A stretch of 64,000 bases of DNA from an uncultured Bdellovibrionales bacterium (GTDB lineage: Bacteria > Patescibacteriota > Minisyncoccia > Moranbacterales > UBA1568), in contig CAYVHS010000001.1 of the NCBI GenBank assembly GCA_964451495.1, forward strand, positions 69,358-133,357. Direction: 5' to 3'. Under the pieces are notes generated by a model. That model was not told where the DNA came from and did not search any database. It saw only the letters and a program-made list of their open reading frames with translations. The translations under genes were made by a program, and so were the position numbers. This document shows, piece after piece, positions 1 through 10,269 of this stretch (position 1 is the stretch's first letter; every line of letters starts with the position of its first letter).

Positions 1-1190
1 TAGCTGTTTGGGATGCGGATCATTTTTATCATTTTAACGATCTAGATCTCTTAAGAGCGAATAAGGAAAGATACCTGTTTTTTTGTTCACAATCAAGCGA
101 TATCTTAGACTGTCAGAAAATTCTAGGCGCTGACCCAGAACAGTGTTTTCTGATAAAACCGGCTACGTCTATTCAGGCCAAGCCAAATCATAAAAAAACA
201 AATAATATCGTATTCATAGGTACTCCATTTGGCAATGCTAGCGAAAAGGAAAAGCTCTGTAGATACAAAAATGAATATATCGAGCTGGTTAAAAAAATGA
301 TTCACAAAGAAGATAATGCGGAAAATTTAATGCGTACATATGCAAAGAAAATTCCCGAAGTAGATCAGACAATACTGGATTTCGGATCGGTATCCAATCG
401 TAATAACACCTTGGCCCATGTCGCGCCCTTAGGGCTTAGCCTATATGGCGGAGCAGGCTGGTTAGAAATCGGCTTAGATTTTTCTTTGGATATATTTAAT
501 GCATACAACCCACAGCAGGTTTATTCGGTGAGTCAGACTCAGGAAGTATATAATAGTTCAAAAATTGGCTTGAATATCAATCACACCCAGGCAAAAAGTG
601 GGTATAGCTGGCGAGTGATGGATGTTTTAGCTTCTTCTGCAGTCCTTGTGAGCAATTACTCAAAAGATTTAGCGGAGGATCTCGGCGATTTGTCCAAAGA
701 AATATTTTATAATACGCCACAAGAGGCCTATATGGTATGTTCTCGGCTGCTGCAGGATGAAAATCTTAGGAAAAGAATTGTTTCTCAATCAAATGAAATC
801 GTAAGAAAGTTTCATACTTGGGAAGTGAGAATCACTGAAATAGAGCGTGTACTCAAAGTAGGGCTGGTAAGTAGTCGGCCTATCGAAGGGGAATATATCC
901 TATTAGATGCAAAAAAATACTATACTTTTTTTGCTAAGACAATGTTTTATATGAGGCACCAAGAAGGGATCTTGGTGAATAGTATATTTTTTCTTTTGCC
1001 TTATGGTATGGTTAAAATCATAAATAATCAGGCAGAAAGACGTTTTTTGATGAATATGAAGAATATCAGGATATCTTTTTCAAACGTCTCTCTGTATGCG
1101 CTCATGGCCAGAAGCACACGTTTCATTTTACCTTATGGTGTTATATGGCTTATCCGGATGATAAAAAATTTTAAGATAAGCAAGATTTGA
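1..1190 (+). CDS. CgeB-like glycosyltransferase (Glyco_trans_1_2 family), 5'-truncated by window edge
   Basis: The frame is open from base 3 to the stop at 1190, with no stop upstream of the listed ATG at 297, so the true start is outside the window. The C-terminal region KIGLNIN..SGYSWRVMDVLASSAVLVSNY..EIFYNTPQEAY resembles the CgeB/DUF3880-type GT C-terminal domain. Hydrophobic C-terminal tail. Confidence 0.55.
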   Translation, partial: AVWDADHFYHFNDLDLLRANKERYLFFCSQSSDILDCQKILGADPEQCFLIKPATSIQAKPNHKKTNNIVFIGTPFGNASEKEKLCRYKNEYIELVKKMIHKEDNAENLMRTYAKKIPEVDQTILDFGSVSNRNNTLAHVAPLGLSLYGGAGWLEIGLDFSLDIFNAYNPQQVYSVSQTQEVYNSSKIGLNINHTQAKSGYSWRVMDVLASSAVLVSNYSKDLAEDLGDLSKEIFYNTPQEAYMVCSRLLQDENLRKRIVSQSNEIVRKFHTWEVRITEIERVLKVGLVSSRPIEGEYILLDAKKYYTFFAKTMFYMRHQEGILVNSIFFLLPYGMVKIINNQAERRFLMNMKNIRISFSNVSLYALMARSTRFILPYGVIWLIRMIKNFKISKI

Positions 1191-1222
1191 GGACGTATTA
1201 TTTATTATAGCCGCTATCTATT

Positions 1223-2320
1223 ATGTTGAAGTTTCTAGATTTGCATGGGGTAAATGAGCAGTATCGCAATGAAATTGATGCTGCAATAAAACGTGTTGTC
1301 GATTCTGGTTGGTATTTGCTTGGAAAAGAGATTGAAACATTTGAAAAGGAATTTGCGGATTTTTGCGGGGTAAAATACGCAATCGGAGTGGCCAATGGCC
1401 TGGATGCTCTAGTTATTTCGCTTAAGGCATTGGATATTGGAGAGGGGGACGAGGTTATTGTTCCTTCAAATACGTATATTGCTACCGTGCTGGCGATAAC
1501 TGCCAGTAAAGCAATTCCGGTTTTTGTCGAACCCGATATCAAGACGTACAATATTGATTGCGATAAAATTGAGGCTGCTATTACTGAAAAAACTAAGGCG
1601 ATTATGCCGGTGCATCTATATGGGAGAGCCTGTGATATGACGGCTATTTTAAAAATTGCAAAAAAATATACTTTACAAGTAATAGAAGATTGCGCTCAAG
1701 CTCATGGAGCTATATATGAAGGAAGCCGAGTTGGTTCATTCGGAGATTGTAATGGCTTTTCATTTTATCCTGGAAAAAATCTGGGGGCCATGGGAGATGG
1801 CGGAATAATAACGACAAACGATGAATCAATCGCAAAAAAAGTTCGAGCAATTCGCAACTATGGATCTTTTGTAAAATACGAGCATCTATACAAGGGAATG
1901 AATTCACGTCTAGATGAGATTCAGGCGGCGATATTATCAGTCAAGCTTTCGCATTTGGACCAGGACAATGAAAAAAGACGAAACGTTGCAAAATATTATA
2001 GAGAAAACATTAATAATCCATTGATAATTTTGCCAGAGATACGTATAGATGAACAGGAATCTCACGTTTGGCATCTGTTTGTTGTGAGGACTCAAAAAAG
2101 AGATGCTTTACGTAAGTATTTATTAGATAATGATATAGAGACGGTTATTCATTATCCTACACCTCCTCATAAACAAGAAGCTTATAAGGAGTTCAGTGAT
2201 TTGGTTTTACCGATTAGCGAACAAATCCATCGTGAGGTACTTAGTCTGCCTATCTCTCCAATTATGACACAGGAAGAAATTCAAAAAGTTGTAGAAACTA
2301 TAAATAAATATGGAGAATAG
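1223..2320 (+). CDS. DegT/DnrJ/EryC1/StrS-family PLP-dependent sugar aminotransferase
   Basis: N-terminus [32 protein letters not shown]. Lysine motif [15 protein letters not shown]. Family-typical length of 365 aa. Confidence 0.9.
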   Translation: MLKFLDLHGVNEQYRNEIDAAIKRVVDSGWYLLGKEIETFEKEFADFCGVKYAIGVANGLDALVISLKALDIGEGDEVIVPSNTYIATVLAITASKAIPVFVEPDIKTYNIDCDKIEAAITEKTKAIMPVHLYGRACDMTAILKIAKKYTLQVIEDCAQAHGAIYEGSRVGSFGDCNGFSFYPGKNLGAMGDGGIITTNDESIAKKVRAIRNYGSFVKYEHLYKGMNSRLDEIQAAILSVKLSHLDQDNEKRRNVAKYYRENINNPLIILPEIRIDEQESHVWHLFVVRTQKRDALRKYLLDNDIETVIHYPTPPHKQEAYKEFSDLVLPISEQIHREVLSLPISPIMTQEEIQKVVETINKYGE

Positions 2321-3410
2321 AAAACAGCCACTTGTTTCCATAGTGGCAACGAGCTATAATTTTGAAAAATTTATCCCATATTTCATAGAATCTGTTTTGT
2401 CTCAGACGTATACTTGTTGGGAGCTTATTGTGACAGATGATTGTTCTACAGATCAAAGTTTCAGTCTGTTGAAGATGTATGCTAATAAGGATAAGCGTAT
2501 TAGGGTTTTCCAAAACGATAAAAATCGTCATGTATGTCATACGGTCAACTGTTCTTTGAGCAAGGCAACGGGAGATTATATTTGTGTTATGTCTTGCGAT
2601 GATGCTTTTTTTCCGGAAAAATTATCACACGATGTTGCTTTCATGGAAAAAAACCTAGACATTGGCATGCTGTATGGACAACTCGACCAGATGGACGAGA
2701 ACAATCTTTTTCGTGGAACATATGGATATATTCCACCAAAAAACTTCGATCGACACTTTTTGTTAAGAGAGATGTTTTTGTTTGGTAATAAGCTTGTATC
2801 TCCGGGGTTATTTGTAAGAAAAGATATCATAGATAAGGTTGGTTCCTTTCATCCGCTTTTGAGAATGACTCAGGATTACGAATATCACATACGGCTATTG
2901 TTTCACGCTCAGCCAGCGTATTCTGCGGAGTCGTTAACCAGATATCGCCGAATGTCTGATAATTCGAATTTAAGTAGTCTTACCGAGACAACAGCCAACA
3001 CAGAACATAATGAAACTTTTTTTCTTTTGAATAGCTATTTAAAATATATAAAGAAATATGATGTGCTCAAGCGGATTTTTCCGGAAGTGATAAAATTTGG
3101 CCCAGAGGATGATATGCTGATACCGTATTATTTAGGGAGATTAGCTCTTCAATCTGAGCAGTACCACGTCAAAGCCTTCGGTTTGCAGGCCATGTATAAT
3201 TTTATGCTCGATAAAGAAAATAGGACCTATCTTGAGGAGAGAGTAAATTTTTTACCGAAAGACTTTATGTGTCTTTCTTCTGAGAATAAAGTTTATTGCT
3301 CTTTTGGTCTTGTGGAGAATTATCCAATAGGGAAAAGGATAAGAAAATGGGCATATAGACTATCTCGATATATCAGAGAAAAAATGGGTAATATTTTCAG
3401 AATTGTATAG
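2310..3410 (+). CDS. Family 2 glycosyltransferase (GT-A fold)
   Basis: [23 protein letters not shown] and CDDAF (DxD) motifs. Overlaps the stop of the upstream gene by 11 nt, suggesting operon coupling. Confidence 0.85.
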   Translation: MENRKQPLVSIVATSYNFEKFIPYFIESVLSQTYTCWELIVTDDCSTDQSFSLLKMYANKDKRIRVFQNDKNRHVCHTVNCSLSKATGDYICVMSCDDAFFPEKLSHDVAFMEKNLDIGMLYGQLDQMDENNLFRGTYGYIPPKNFDRHFLLREMFLFGNKLVSPGLFVRKDIIDKVGSFHPLLRMTQDYEYHIRLLFHAQPAYSAESLTRYRRMSDNSNLSSLTETTANTEHNETFFLLNSYLKYIKKYDVLKRIFPEVIKFGPEDDMLIPYYLGRLALQSEQYHVKAFGLQAMYNFMLDKENRTYLEERVNFLPKDFMCLSSENKVYCSFGLVENYPIGKRIRKWAYRLSRYIREKMGNIFRIV

Positions 3411-3578
3411 TTCGAGTATATGTCATATCTTCAAATGAGAGCATTTCTAAAATACCTCTTTTTATTATTTATTGATCTCACGATAAAAAACCGTTTCTTT
3501 TTTTGGGGTGAATATAGACGATGGCAAGCTTTTAAGAAAAAACGAAAGTCTTCTTCCTCAAGTAATGAGAAAGAGGGT

Positions 3579-4571
3579 ATGTCGAGGAATGTATATTATT
3601 TGGTTCCTGGTACTGGAATTTCTGGTGGAGTCGCTGTCATTTTTCAGCATGCAAACAGATTGTGTAAGAGGGGTTTTAATGTGAAGATACTTTCTTTGAA
3701 TAATGAGAATAATGATGCGTGGTTTCCTCATCAGTCTGTAGAGATAATACCCTATAAGAAAACGAAAGATATCTTGAAGTCGGGAGACATAGATATCCTT
3801 ATCGCTACGGGATATAGTACTGCTTTTACCGTTGATATGGCACGGGCGCGCCGAAAAATGTATTTTGTCCAATCAGACGAAAGTCGTTTTTTTGGTGATG
3901 ATAAAAAATTGTGCGAGGTGATACGTGAAACGTACGGGATTACTTTTGAATATATGACAGAAGCTCTTTGGATACAGAAATGGCTCAAGGAAGAATACGG
4001 GTATGATGTGTCGTATGTTCCAAATGGTATTGATGTTGATATGTTTCATCGGACTGAGCCTATAGAGCCAAGAAAGAAGAAGGCAAGAATTCTTATTGAG
4101 GGGTCGATAAACGTCCCTTTTAAAGGCATGGACGATGCTTATAATGCGATTAAAGATCTTGATGCTGAGATATGGATTGTGAGCAATAATGGGACGCCAA
4201 AAGTTGGTTGGAAATACGATCGTTATTTTGAAAGCGTTCCGATTGATGAAATGAAAAAGATATATTCTTCTTGTGATATTTTTCTCAAGATGAGTCGGAT
4301 TGAAGGATTCTTTGGTCCGCCAATGGAAGCGATGGCGTGTGGTTGCGCAGCTGTTGTTGGAAAAGTGACGGGGTATGATGAATATATTATTGATGGTGAA
4401 AATGCATTAGTGGTAGAGCAAAGAGATATTGATGGTGCGCAAAAGGCAATAAAACGATTAATGAATAATACGGTATTGCGTGAAAAATTAATTAAGAATG
4501 GTTATAAAACCGCTCAAGAATGGAGCTGGAATCGATCAATAGATCTTTTAGAAGAAGTTGTTAGTAAATGA
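3579..4571 (+). CDS. GT4-family (GT-B) glycosyltransferase
   Basis: C-terminal E-x7-E motif EGFFGPPMEAMACG. N-terminus YYLVPGTGISGGVAV. The start is chosen at the internal ATG 3579, which follows AAGAGGG; the ORF-track start at 3420 gives an atypical low-complexity extension. Confidence 0.8.
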   Translation: MSRNVYYLVPGTGISGGVAVIFQHANRLCKRGFNVKILSLNNENNDAWFPHQSVEIIPYKKTKDILKSGDIDILIATGYSTAFTVDMARARRKMYFVQSDESRFFGDDKKLCEVIRETYGITFEYMTEALWIQKWLKEEYGYDVSYVPNGIDVDMFHRTEPIEPRKKKARILIEGSINVPFKGMDDAYNAIKDLDAEIWIVSNNGTPKVGWKYDRYFESVPIDEMKKIYSSCDIFLKMSRIEGFFGPPMEAMACGCAAVVGKVTGYDEYIIDGENALVVEQRDIDGAQKAIKRLMNNTVLREKLIKNGYKTAQEWSWNRSIDLLEEVVSK

Positions 4572-4595
4572 GGTGGTGTCTTTCGAAAAAATACC

Positions 4596-5612
4596 TTACA
4601 AAAGGGATTTCTGCCAGTTCCAGGCGTCGGTGAGAGCCTGTGAGAGAGGGAGTTTGGCTCGCCAGCCGAGCTCTTTTTGTATCTTGGTGGGGTCGGCATA
4701 GCAAGAAACGATGTCTCCTGGCCTCCGAGAGCCGAAAATATGGGGTACGGATACGCCGGTGGTTTGTTCAAAGGTATCTAGGAGCTCTTGCACACTCGTT
4801 CCATGTCCAGTGCCTACATTGTAGACGTTGTAGGGCAAGCGACCTTCTGTGGTGGAAAAAAGGGCATTGAGTGCTGATATATGGGCCTCAGCGAGGTCGA
4901 CGACATGGATATAGTCGCGGATACAGGTACCGTCTGGTGTCGGGTAATCGTTGCCGAAAATAGTCAGATGCTCTCGCAATTTGGCAGCGGTCTGAGTGAG
5001 ATACGGGACGAGGTTATTGGGTGTGCCGATAGGGAGTTCGCCGATATATCCGGATGAGTGTGCGCCGATAGGATTGAAATAGCGGAGAGCGATGGAGCGG
5101 AGTGACCCGTGCTTTGCAAGAGTCGTATCTCTCAGGATGTCTTCACAGATTTGTTTGGTGTTGCCATAGGGCGAGGTAGCCTGTTTGCGCAAAGCGGTTT
5201 CTGGTATCGGCAGACTATCTGGTTCGCCGTAAACGGTCGCGGAAGAAGAGAAGACAAAGGCTTTGACACCATGGCGAGTGGCCGCATCGAGAATGGCTAC
5301 GAGCGAGCCTACGTTGTTCCTATAATACGCGAGCGGCTGCTCTATCGATTCGGCGACGGATTTGAGGGCGGTAAAATGTATGATGCCATCGATAGATTCC
5401 CCACTCAAAACTGATTCGAGGAATATAGGGTCAGTACAATCACCGACATACGTCTTGGGGCGGGTAGCGAGTATCTGTTCGATGCCACCGAGTACTGATT
5501 CTTGTGAGTTGCAGAAATTATCGAGTATGATCGGCGTGTGGCCGGTTTGGGCCAGTGCGACGGCTGTGTGTGAGCCGATAAATCCAGCTCCGCCAGTGAC
5601 GAGGATGTTCAT
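4596..5612 (-). CDS. galE: NAD-dependent sugar epimerase, UDP-glucose 4-epimerase (GalE) family
   Basis: MNILVTGGAGFIGSH Rossmann start at the internal ATG (minus 5612..5610). YGNTK (YxxxK) catalytic motif. 339 aa. The track ORF extends upstream only because no stop intervenes. Confidence 0.85.
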   Translation of the reverse strand: MNILVTGGAGFIGSHTAVALAQTGHTPIILDNFCNSQESVLGGIEQILATRPKTYVGDCTDPIFLESVLSGESIDGIIHFTALKSVAESIEQPLAYYRNNVGSLVAILDAATRHGVKAFVFSSSATVYGEPDSLPIPETALRKQATSPYGNTKQICEDILRDTTLAKHGSLRSIALRYFNPIGAHSSGYIGELPIGTPNNLVPYLTQTAAKLREHLTIFGNDYPTPDGTCIRDYIHVVDLAEAHISALNALFSTTEGRLPYNVYNVGTGHGTSVQELLDTFEQTTGVSVPHIFGSRRPGDIVSCYADPTKIQKELGWRAKLPLSQALTDAWNWQKSLL

Positions 5613-5615
5613 AGG
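5566..5615. repeat. 50-bp direct repeat copy A (galE start codon plus first 16 codons)
   Basis: gtgtGtgagccgataaatccagctccgccagtgacgaggatgttcatagg is identical except one base to 7482..7531. Confidence 0.9.
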
Positions 5616-5623
5616 TTTATATT

Positions 5624-7312
5624 TTAATACGTTAAGCATTTTTCTGGTAGTGTCACATCGGAACTGAGTGATTCTGTAGATTGGAATATCGCGCCTAAAG
5701 TACCGAAAGGCGTTAGTCCTTCGGGTAATGACGGGTTGTATTCCTCGATAAAAAGATGATTGAATCCTGGGGGGATATTTTTTATTTCGCCTCTTAGGTA
5801 ACATCCACGATAACCGTACTCGGAGGTGAGTACGTAGTACATTGATTTCACATGATGACTCTCGCCCGTAATGAGTACGGGGACGTTTGATGTGAAGTGA
5901 GCTTTCGCTTCGGTGGCGATGGCTCTTAACTGTCCGAGTGTTACTTTGGATTCTGTTCCAAATCGGAGATCACGGCTACTGTCTTCTGCTGAAATTTTCG
6001 ATGTTGCTAATTCATAGAGATATGTGCTGGTTGCTTTGATATTGAGCAGTATCATTACTATGCCTATTGAATATAATACAATTTTTATAAGAGTATATTT
6101 TTGGCTCAGGGGATGATTGAGGAAATATTCCGCAGCGAATCCGAGTGAGAGAAAAAGTACGGGTATAATACCGAGATAAAATCGAACCTCTGTTTCGTAC
6201 GCAACGAGTATAGTAACGATAAGAAACCCAAACAGCCATGACCCTATAAAACCGACCTTAAGCTTTTGTTTTGTGGCTGTTTCTGAGCGTAAACGATGAA
6301 ATGTTAACCAGAGGATAAGAGTAAATATTATCATGGCCATCAGCGAATAGGGTAGAGCAGTCTGACATTTTTGGTCACATTTGATTGCGAGACCTCGGGT
6401 CACGAGAGTATCAGTATTTTGTTGTCCGGTTGTGATAATCCAGGTGATGTGAGAGCCTTCCTGGTAAGCACGGAATAGCTTTTCGTAGCAAGAGTGGTTT
6501 TTGTCTTGATATTTTTCACCACTTATAGCGCTGATGAATGAATTTGTGTTGGCTCCGCCTGTCTGCCACTCATGTATGAATATTGGGAATTGCAAAAGTA
6601 TTGCGATTATAATACCGAGAAATATCTCTTTAGACCGGAGAGCTCGGGAAAACATAAGAAATATACCGAGTCCGATTCCTAGCCCGAGAATAGCAACGAG
6701 GTGCAGCTGCGCGATGATACCCATGCATATGGCCGCACCAGTCAAGTAGTATTGGCGTTGTTTTTCCTGATTTTCTAATGCGTTGAGAAAAAACCAGGCG
6801 AAGAGCGTGGTAAAAAATGGGAGTAAATTTGGATTCCAAGCGAAGCGAGAAAAAGTGACAAGAAACAGGGAAATGCTTGCAAGGGCAGTGAGCCAAAAAG
6901 AGATTGTGAGAGAGAGGAATTTTCGGAATAAAAAAAAGAAGAGAGGCAGGGTGAGAATTCCAAATATAAGATCTGGATAGGCGTAACTTTCCGGCATAGC
7001 CCCGAAAAGTTCTCCGGATATATATTGGAAATAGTAGGTGATTGGACCAAGTCGAAATTTGGTGCTCCCAGCCTCTGGGCCGAGGAGAGGCAACGAGGAG
7101 AATCCGTTCGACATAGCCTGAGTCATGATGAGTGCATCACGCGCCTGATCAGATTTAAATACAAGCCAATCACTATAGTGTACCGATCGAAATACAATGC
7201 CGATAATACAGATAATGATAAGTCCAAGAACCCATTTATTTTGGCGCCACTTTGTTGAGAGATATTTTTTAGTTACTTGAGTAAGTGTGTCAATATTCAT
7301 ATTTTTAGACAA
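5624..7312 (-). CDS. GT-C fold membrane glycosyltransferase (ArnT/PMT_2-like, GT39/83-type)
   Basis: About 12 predicted TM segments. First extracytoplasmic loop motif FKSDQARDA. SRFAWNPNL motif shared with the paralog at 17757..19550. Lies between the two 50-bp repeats. Confidence 0.7.
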   Translation of the reverse strand: MSKNMNIDTLTQVTKKYLSTKWRQNKWVLGLIIICIIGIVFRSVHYSDWLVFKSDQARDALIMTQAMSNGFSSLPLLGPEAGSTKFRLGPITYYFQYISGELFGAMPESYAYPDLIFGILTLPLFFFLFRKFLSLTISFWLTALASISLFLVTFSRFAWNPNLLPFFTTLFAWFFLNALENQEKQRQYYLTGAAICMGIIAQLHLVAILGLGIGLGIFLMFSRALRSKEIFLGIIIAILLQFPIFIHEWQTGGANTNSFISAISGEKYQDKNHSCYEKLFRAYQEGSHITWIITTGQQNTDTLVTRGLAIKCDQKCQTALPYSLMAMIIFTLILWLTFHRLRSETATKQKLKVGFIGSWLFGFLIVTILVAYETEVRFYLGIIPVLFLSLGFAAEYFLNHPLSQKYTLIKIVLYSIGIVMILLNIKATSTYLYELATSKISAEDSSRDLRFGTESKVTLGQLRAIATEAKAHFTSNVPVLITGESHHVKSMYYVLTSEYGYRGCYLRGEIKNIPPGFNHLFIEEYNPSLPEGLTPFGTLGAIFQSTESLSSDVTLPEKCLTY

Positions 7313-7339
7313 ACGGAAAGATTTTTTAGTGGGCGAATT

Positions 7340-7528
7340 CTATCTTGTAGCTACAGACGAAGTTCTCGGATTTTCTGTTGATTTCCATTCCAAAATTAGG
7401 ATGAGATCGATAAAGGTATTGGTGGGCCAGATGACCCGATTGGTATAAAGGTTAGCTAGTGACGCATGGCTAGCCTGAATAGTGTATGAGCCGATAAATC
7501 CAGCTCCGCCAGTGACGAGGATGTTCAT
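7340..7528 (-). pseudogene. Remnant ORF: duplicated galE N-terminus (16 codons) fused to unrelated sequence
   Basis: Translation MNILVTGGAGFIGSY.. matches the galE N-terminus only within the 50-bp repeat, then diverges. No domain-like sequence follows. Confidence 0.6.
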
Positions 7529-7531
7529 AGG
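7482..7531. repeat. 50-bp direct repeat copy B
   Basis: See copy A. It contains an ATG (minus 7528..7526), Shine-Dalgarno-less, positioned 12 nt downstream of the GT2 stop. Confidence 0.9.
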
Positions 7532-7543
7532 ATTTCGATAGAC

Positions 7544-8281
7544 TTATTTATAACGGCCGAACAGATCATTGAAACGAATTTTGAAAAGGGCAGCCAGCAT
7601 ATTGATGGGATCACTGAGAGTGTTGACGTTGGTGTTCCGTGAATCTTTCTTGATAATGACTGGGAGAATATCTACTTTGGAGTTGTATTTTCGTGCCAAG
7701 AAAAGGAGCTCTGCGTCAAAAGCAAAACGTTTAATAGTAATTTTTTTGAAGAGTTTGATAGCTGTTTCTCGGCGGAACAGTTTGAACCCACACTGGGTAT
7801 CGGAAAATTCGAAGTTACCAAGAAGGAGGATTTGGAGTAGATGAAATCCACGTGCCATGACGACGCGATACCAGGGTGCCGGCTCTTCATAGTGTGATCC
7901 AGATACGAGCCGTGAGGCGATGACTATGTCGGCCGAATCAAGAGCCGATACGAATTTTTCCAACTCATCAATCGGTATAGTGAGATCGGCGTCAATGAAG
8001 AGGATGGGGTCATATTTCGACGCGAGGACGCCTGCTTTGACCGCTGCTCCTTTGCCTTGGTTTTGTTTGAACGGAATAAGGACAATGGGAATTTCTGGAC
8101 GAGTCATCCCTAGTTGCTCGATATTTTTTCGTGTGTCATCGGGGCTCCCGTCTGTGACGACGACTATTTCGAAACGGTCGAAACGCGTCTTGAGATATGC
8201 ATAGAGCGTTTCGATATTTACCTCTATTACTCCTGCTTCTTTGTAACAAGGAACAACGATGGAGATTTCTTTATTAGCCAT
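7544..8281 (-). CDS. GT2 polyprenyl-phosphate sugar synthase-like glycosyltransferase (Dpm1/GtrB-type, soluble)
   Basis: ISIVVPCYKEAGVI..VVTDGSPDDT..FIDADLT (DxD). No C-terminal TM helices. Confidence 0.8.
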   Translation of the reverse strand: MANKEISIVVPCYKEAGVIEVNIETLYAYLKTRFDRFEIVVVTDGSPDDTRKNIEQLGMTRPEIPIVLIPFKQNQGKGAAVKAGVLASKYDPILFIDADLTIPIDELEKFVSALDSADIVIASRLVSGSHYEEPAPWYRVVMARGFHLLQILLLGNFEFSDTQCGFKLFRRETAIKLFKKITIKRFAFDAELLFLARKYNSKVDILPVIIKKDSRNTNVNTLSDPINMLAALFKIRFNDLFGRYK

Positions 8282-8288
8282 AGGTTTT

Positions 8289-10136
8289 TTAATTCGGATA
8301 TTCTACTTTATACACACGAACGAAATTTTCGGATTTTCCGTTGATTTCGATGGCGAAATCAGGATCAGGGCGATCATAATATTTGTGGGCTATGAGACCA
8401 GATTTGGCTTCCCATCGGGGAAAACGTGACATATAGCGAGTCTTACCTCGCTTGGTGAGGACATAGTAGCTCGGTCCACGCTCGTCTTCTTTGAGAGTGT
8501 ACGCTGTCAGGCATCGGCCGATGAAGAATTCGCACGTCCCATAGTAGTCGGACCAGATAGTGATATTTTTCGCATCCGGCAGATTGTTTAGATACTTGGC
8601 TGCTTCGTAGCCGCCATATCCCCAGCCATGATCCTGGAGGGATCGAGGAGGGAGGAGAATATTGGAATAATTAGCATAATATGGCGTAGTCGAGAAAAGA
8701 CTGGCGCAGGAAATGATACCGACGAAAATGAAAATAATGAGCTTGGCATGAGGTATCTTATACGGGTGTATTTTTGATAGTATTTCTGCGAGGCCATCTG
8801 CAGCGAGATACGCGATCATCGGGAAGAGGAGGATGACGTAGCGCGATACAGCGAAGACGTTGGAAAATCCGAGGGCGGCGAGATTGAGCACGAGGAAAAA
8901 AACGATACAGAGACGAAATAATCGCGATTGTTGTGTAGTGGCGAAGAGGGCTGTGCCCGTTGCAAATAAAGTGAGAAGCCATGGAATAATCGGTATTGAG
9001 TAGAGGAGAGCGGAAAGTTCGATAGTTCCGATTTCGATGGGTGTCAGGAAGCGACCCAGGTAGTAACGTGCATTGGTGAGGTCTTTGATATCATTGGGCA
9101 CAGTAAATGGTGCCCACTCGGGGAATACAAGGCGAACAGCGACCGCTATGATACTCGAAAAAAGGAATACGAGGCCGATTACGCGAAGTGTGTTTATGGT
9201 TATGGACGTCAAAAAATCTTTTGATTTTCGGGGTATTTGAAAGAATGCCATGGTGATGAGAGAGAGAATCAGTGTGACATAGCCGACCCAGGGAAGCGTC
9301 GAGAGTGTGCCGGCAGTAAAGTACGTGATGAATCTGACCTTTGCATCGTTAGAAAGCATGATGCCTGGTATACAGAGAAGAAAGAGGGCTATAGCGCCCA
9401 AAGAGATCCCAAGAAGTGCAAGAGTTTGGTATTTTAATGTGAGTGCCGAGAAATCTTTATCGGCGAGATAGAGTATGAGGACGAGAATGGGCAAGAAAAA
9501 GAGGATGATCAGTGCGGTATATTTGGAAAGGAGTGCGAGTGCGAGCGTCAGGGTAGCAAGAAAGAAGAATCGCCATTTCCTGGTTTTGAGGAGGGCGAGG
9601 AAAGAGAACAAAGCGACCGAACCCGATGACCAGAGGAGTGCGTCAGGGTTGATAATTTGTGATATACCCACGAGGTGAGGGGAGAGAGCGGTGAAAAAAA
9701 CAGTGGCACTCGCAACGAACGACGTAGAGAAAGCACGGACTGAGAAAAAGAGCGCGATGAGAAGTATCGCATTTACGATGAGTATAGGGAGGCGAAAAGC
9801 AAGGTAGAGGGTCGCGGTTTTGTCTGGGTCGCAGTTACGGAAACGACCTTCATCATATTGGCAGGTGACCGTCGTCTGATCGAGGAAGGGCAGTGCGATA
9901 CCAGAGATGAGCGCGAGGGAGACTCCGGGCTTGTCGTTTATATAGGTCTTTTTCAGTTTCCAGTCGTTCCAAGCGCTCCAGTACTGTGGCACGCGCTCCT
10001 CGACCCAGTAGTGCTCGTCAGCCGTGATAAAGCTACTAATATGATAAAGTCCGAAAGAGAGGAATCCGAAAACGGAGAGAATGAGGAGAGCGAAATGACG
10101 GTAGCGCGAGATGAGTGTGAGAATCGGGGTAGACAT
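8289..10136 (-). CDS. GT-C fold membrane glycosyltransferase (ArnT/PMT-like), paralog of 15361..17664
   Basis: Polytopic. Periplasmic-loop motif TADEHYWVEERVPQYW (DE-W) and conserved C-terminal soluble domain ..FVRVYKVEYPN are shared with 15361..17664 (DEPLW...YVKVFKFVDP). Confidence 0.65.
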   Translation of the reverse strand: MSTPILTLISRYRHFALLILSVFGFLSFGLYHISSFITADEHYWVEERVPQYWSAWNDWKLKKTYINDKPGVSLALISGIALPFLDQTTVTCQYDEGRFRNCDPDKTATLYLAFRLPILIVNAILLIALFFSVRAFSTSFVASATVFFTALSPHLVGISQIINPDALLWSSGSVALFSFLALLKTRKWRFFFLATLTLALALLSKYTALIILFFLPILVLILYLADKDFSALTLKYQTLALLGISLGAIALFLLCIPGIMLSNDAKVRFITYFTAGTLSTLPWVGYVTLILSLITMAFFQIPRKSKDFLTSITINTLRVIGLVFLFSSIIAVAVRLVFPEWAPFTVPNDIKDLTNARYYLGRFLTPIEIGTIELSALLYSIPIIPWLLTLFATGTALFATTQQSRLFRLCIVFFLVLNLAALGFSNVFAVSRYVILLFPMIAYLAADGLAEILSKIHPYKIPHAKLIIFIFVGIISCASLFSTTPYYANYSNILLPPRSLQDHGWGYGGYEAAKYLNNLPDAKNITIWSDYYGTCEFFIGRCLTAYTLKEDERGPSYYVLTKRGKTRYMSRFPRWEAKSGLIAHKYYDRPDPDFAIEINGKSENFVRVYKVEYPN

Positions 10137-10269
10137 AAGAGGAGAGGTGAGGCTCGGAATCGCTAGGGATTTATATTTACCAGTATACAGTATTCTGTTC
10201 TGAAATGGCAGATTTCGGCGCCGTTGCCTGTTTTTAGCAGATGCGATACAATTAACCTATGATATTAAC

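Noticed and set aside
7340-7528. 62-aa ORF as a real gene
   Set aside because: Only the first 16 codons, within the 50-bp repeat, resemble GalE. The rest is not domain-like, so it is treated as an insertion remnant.
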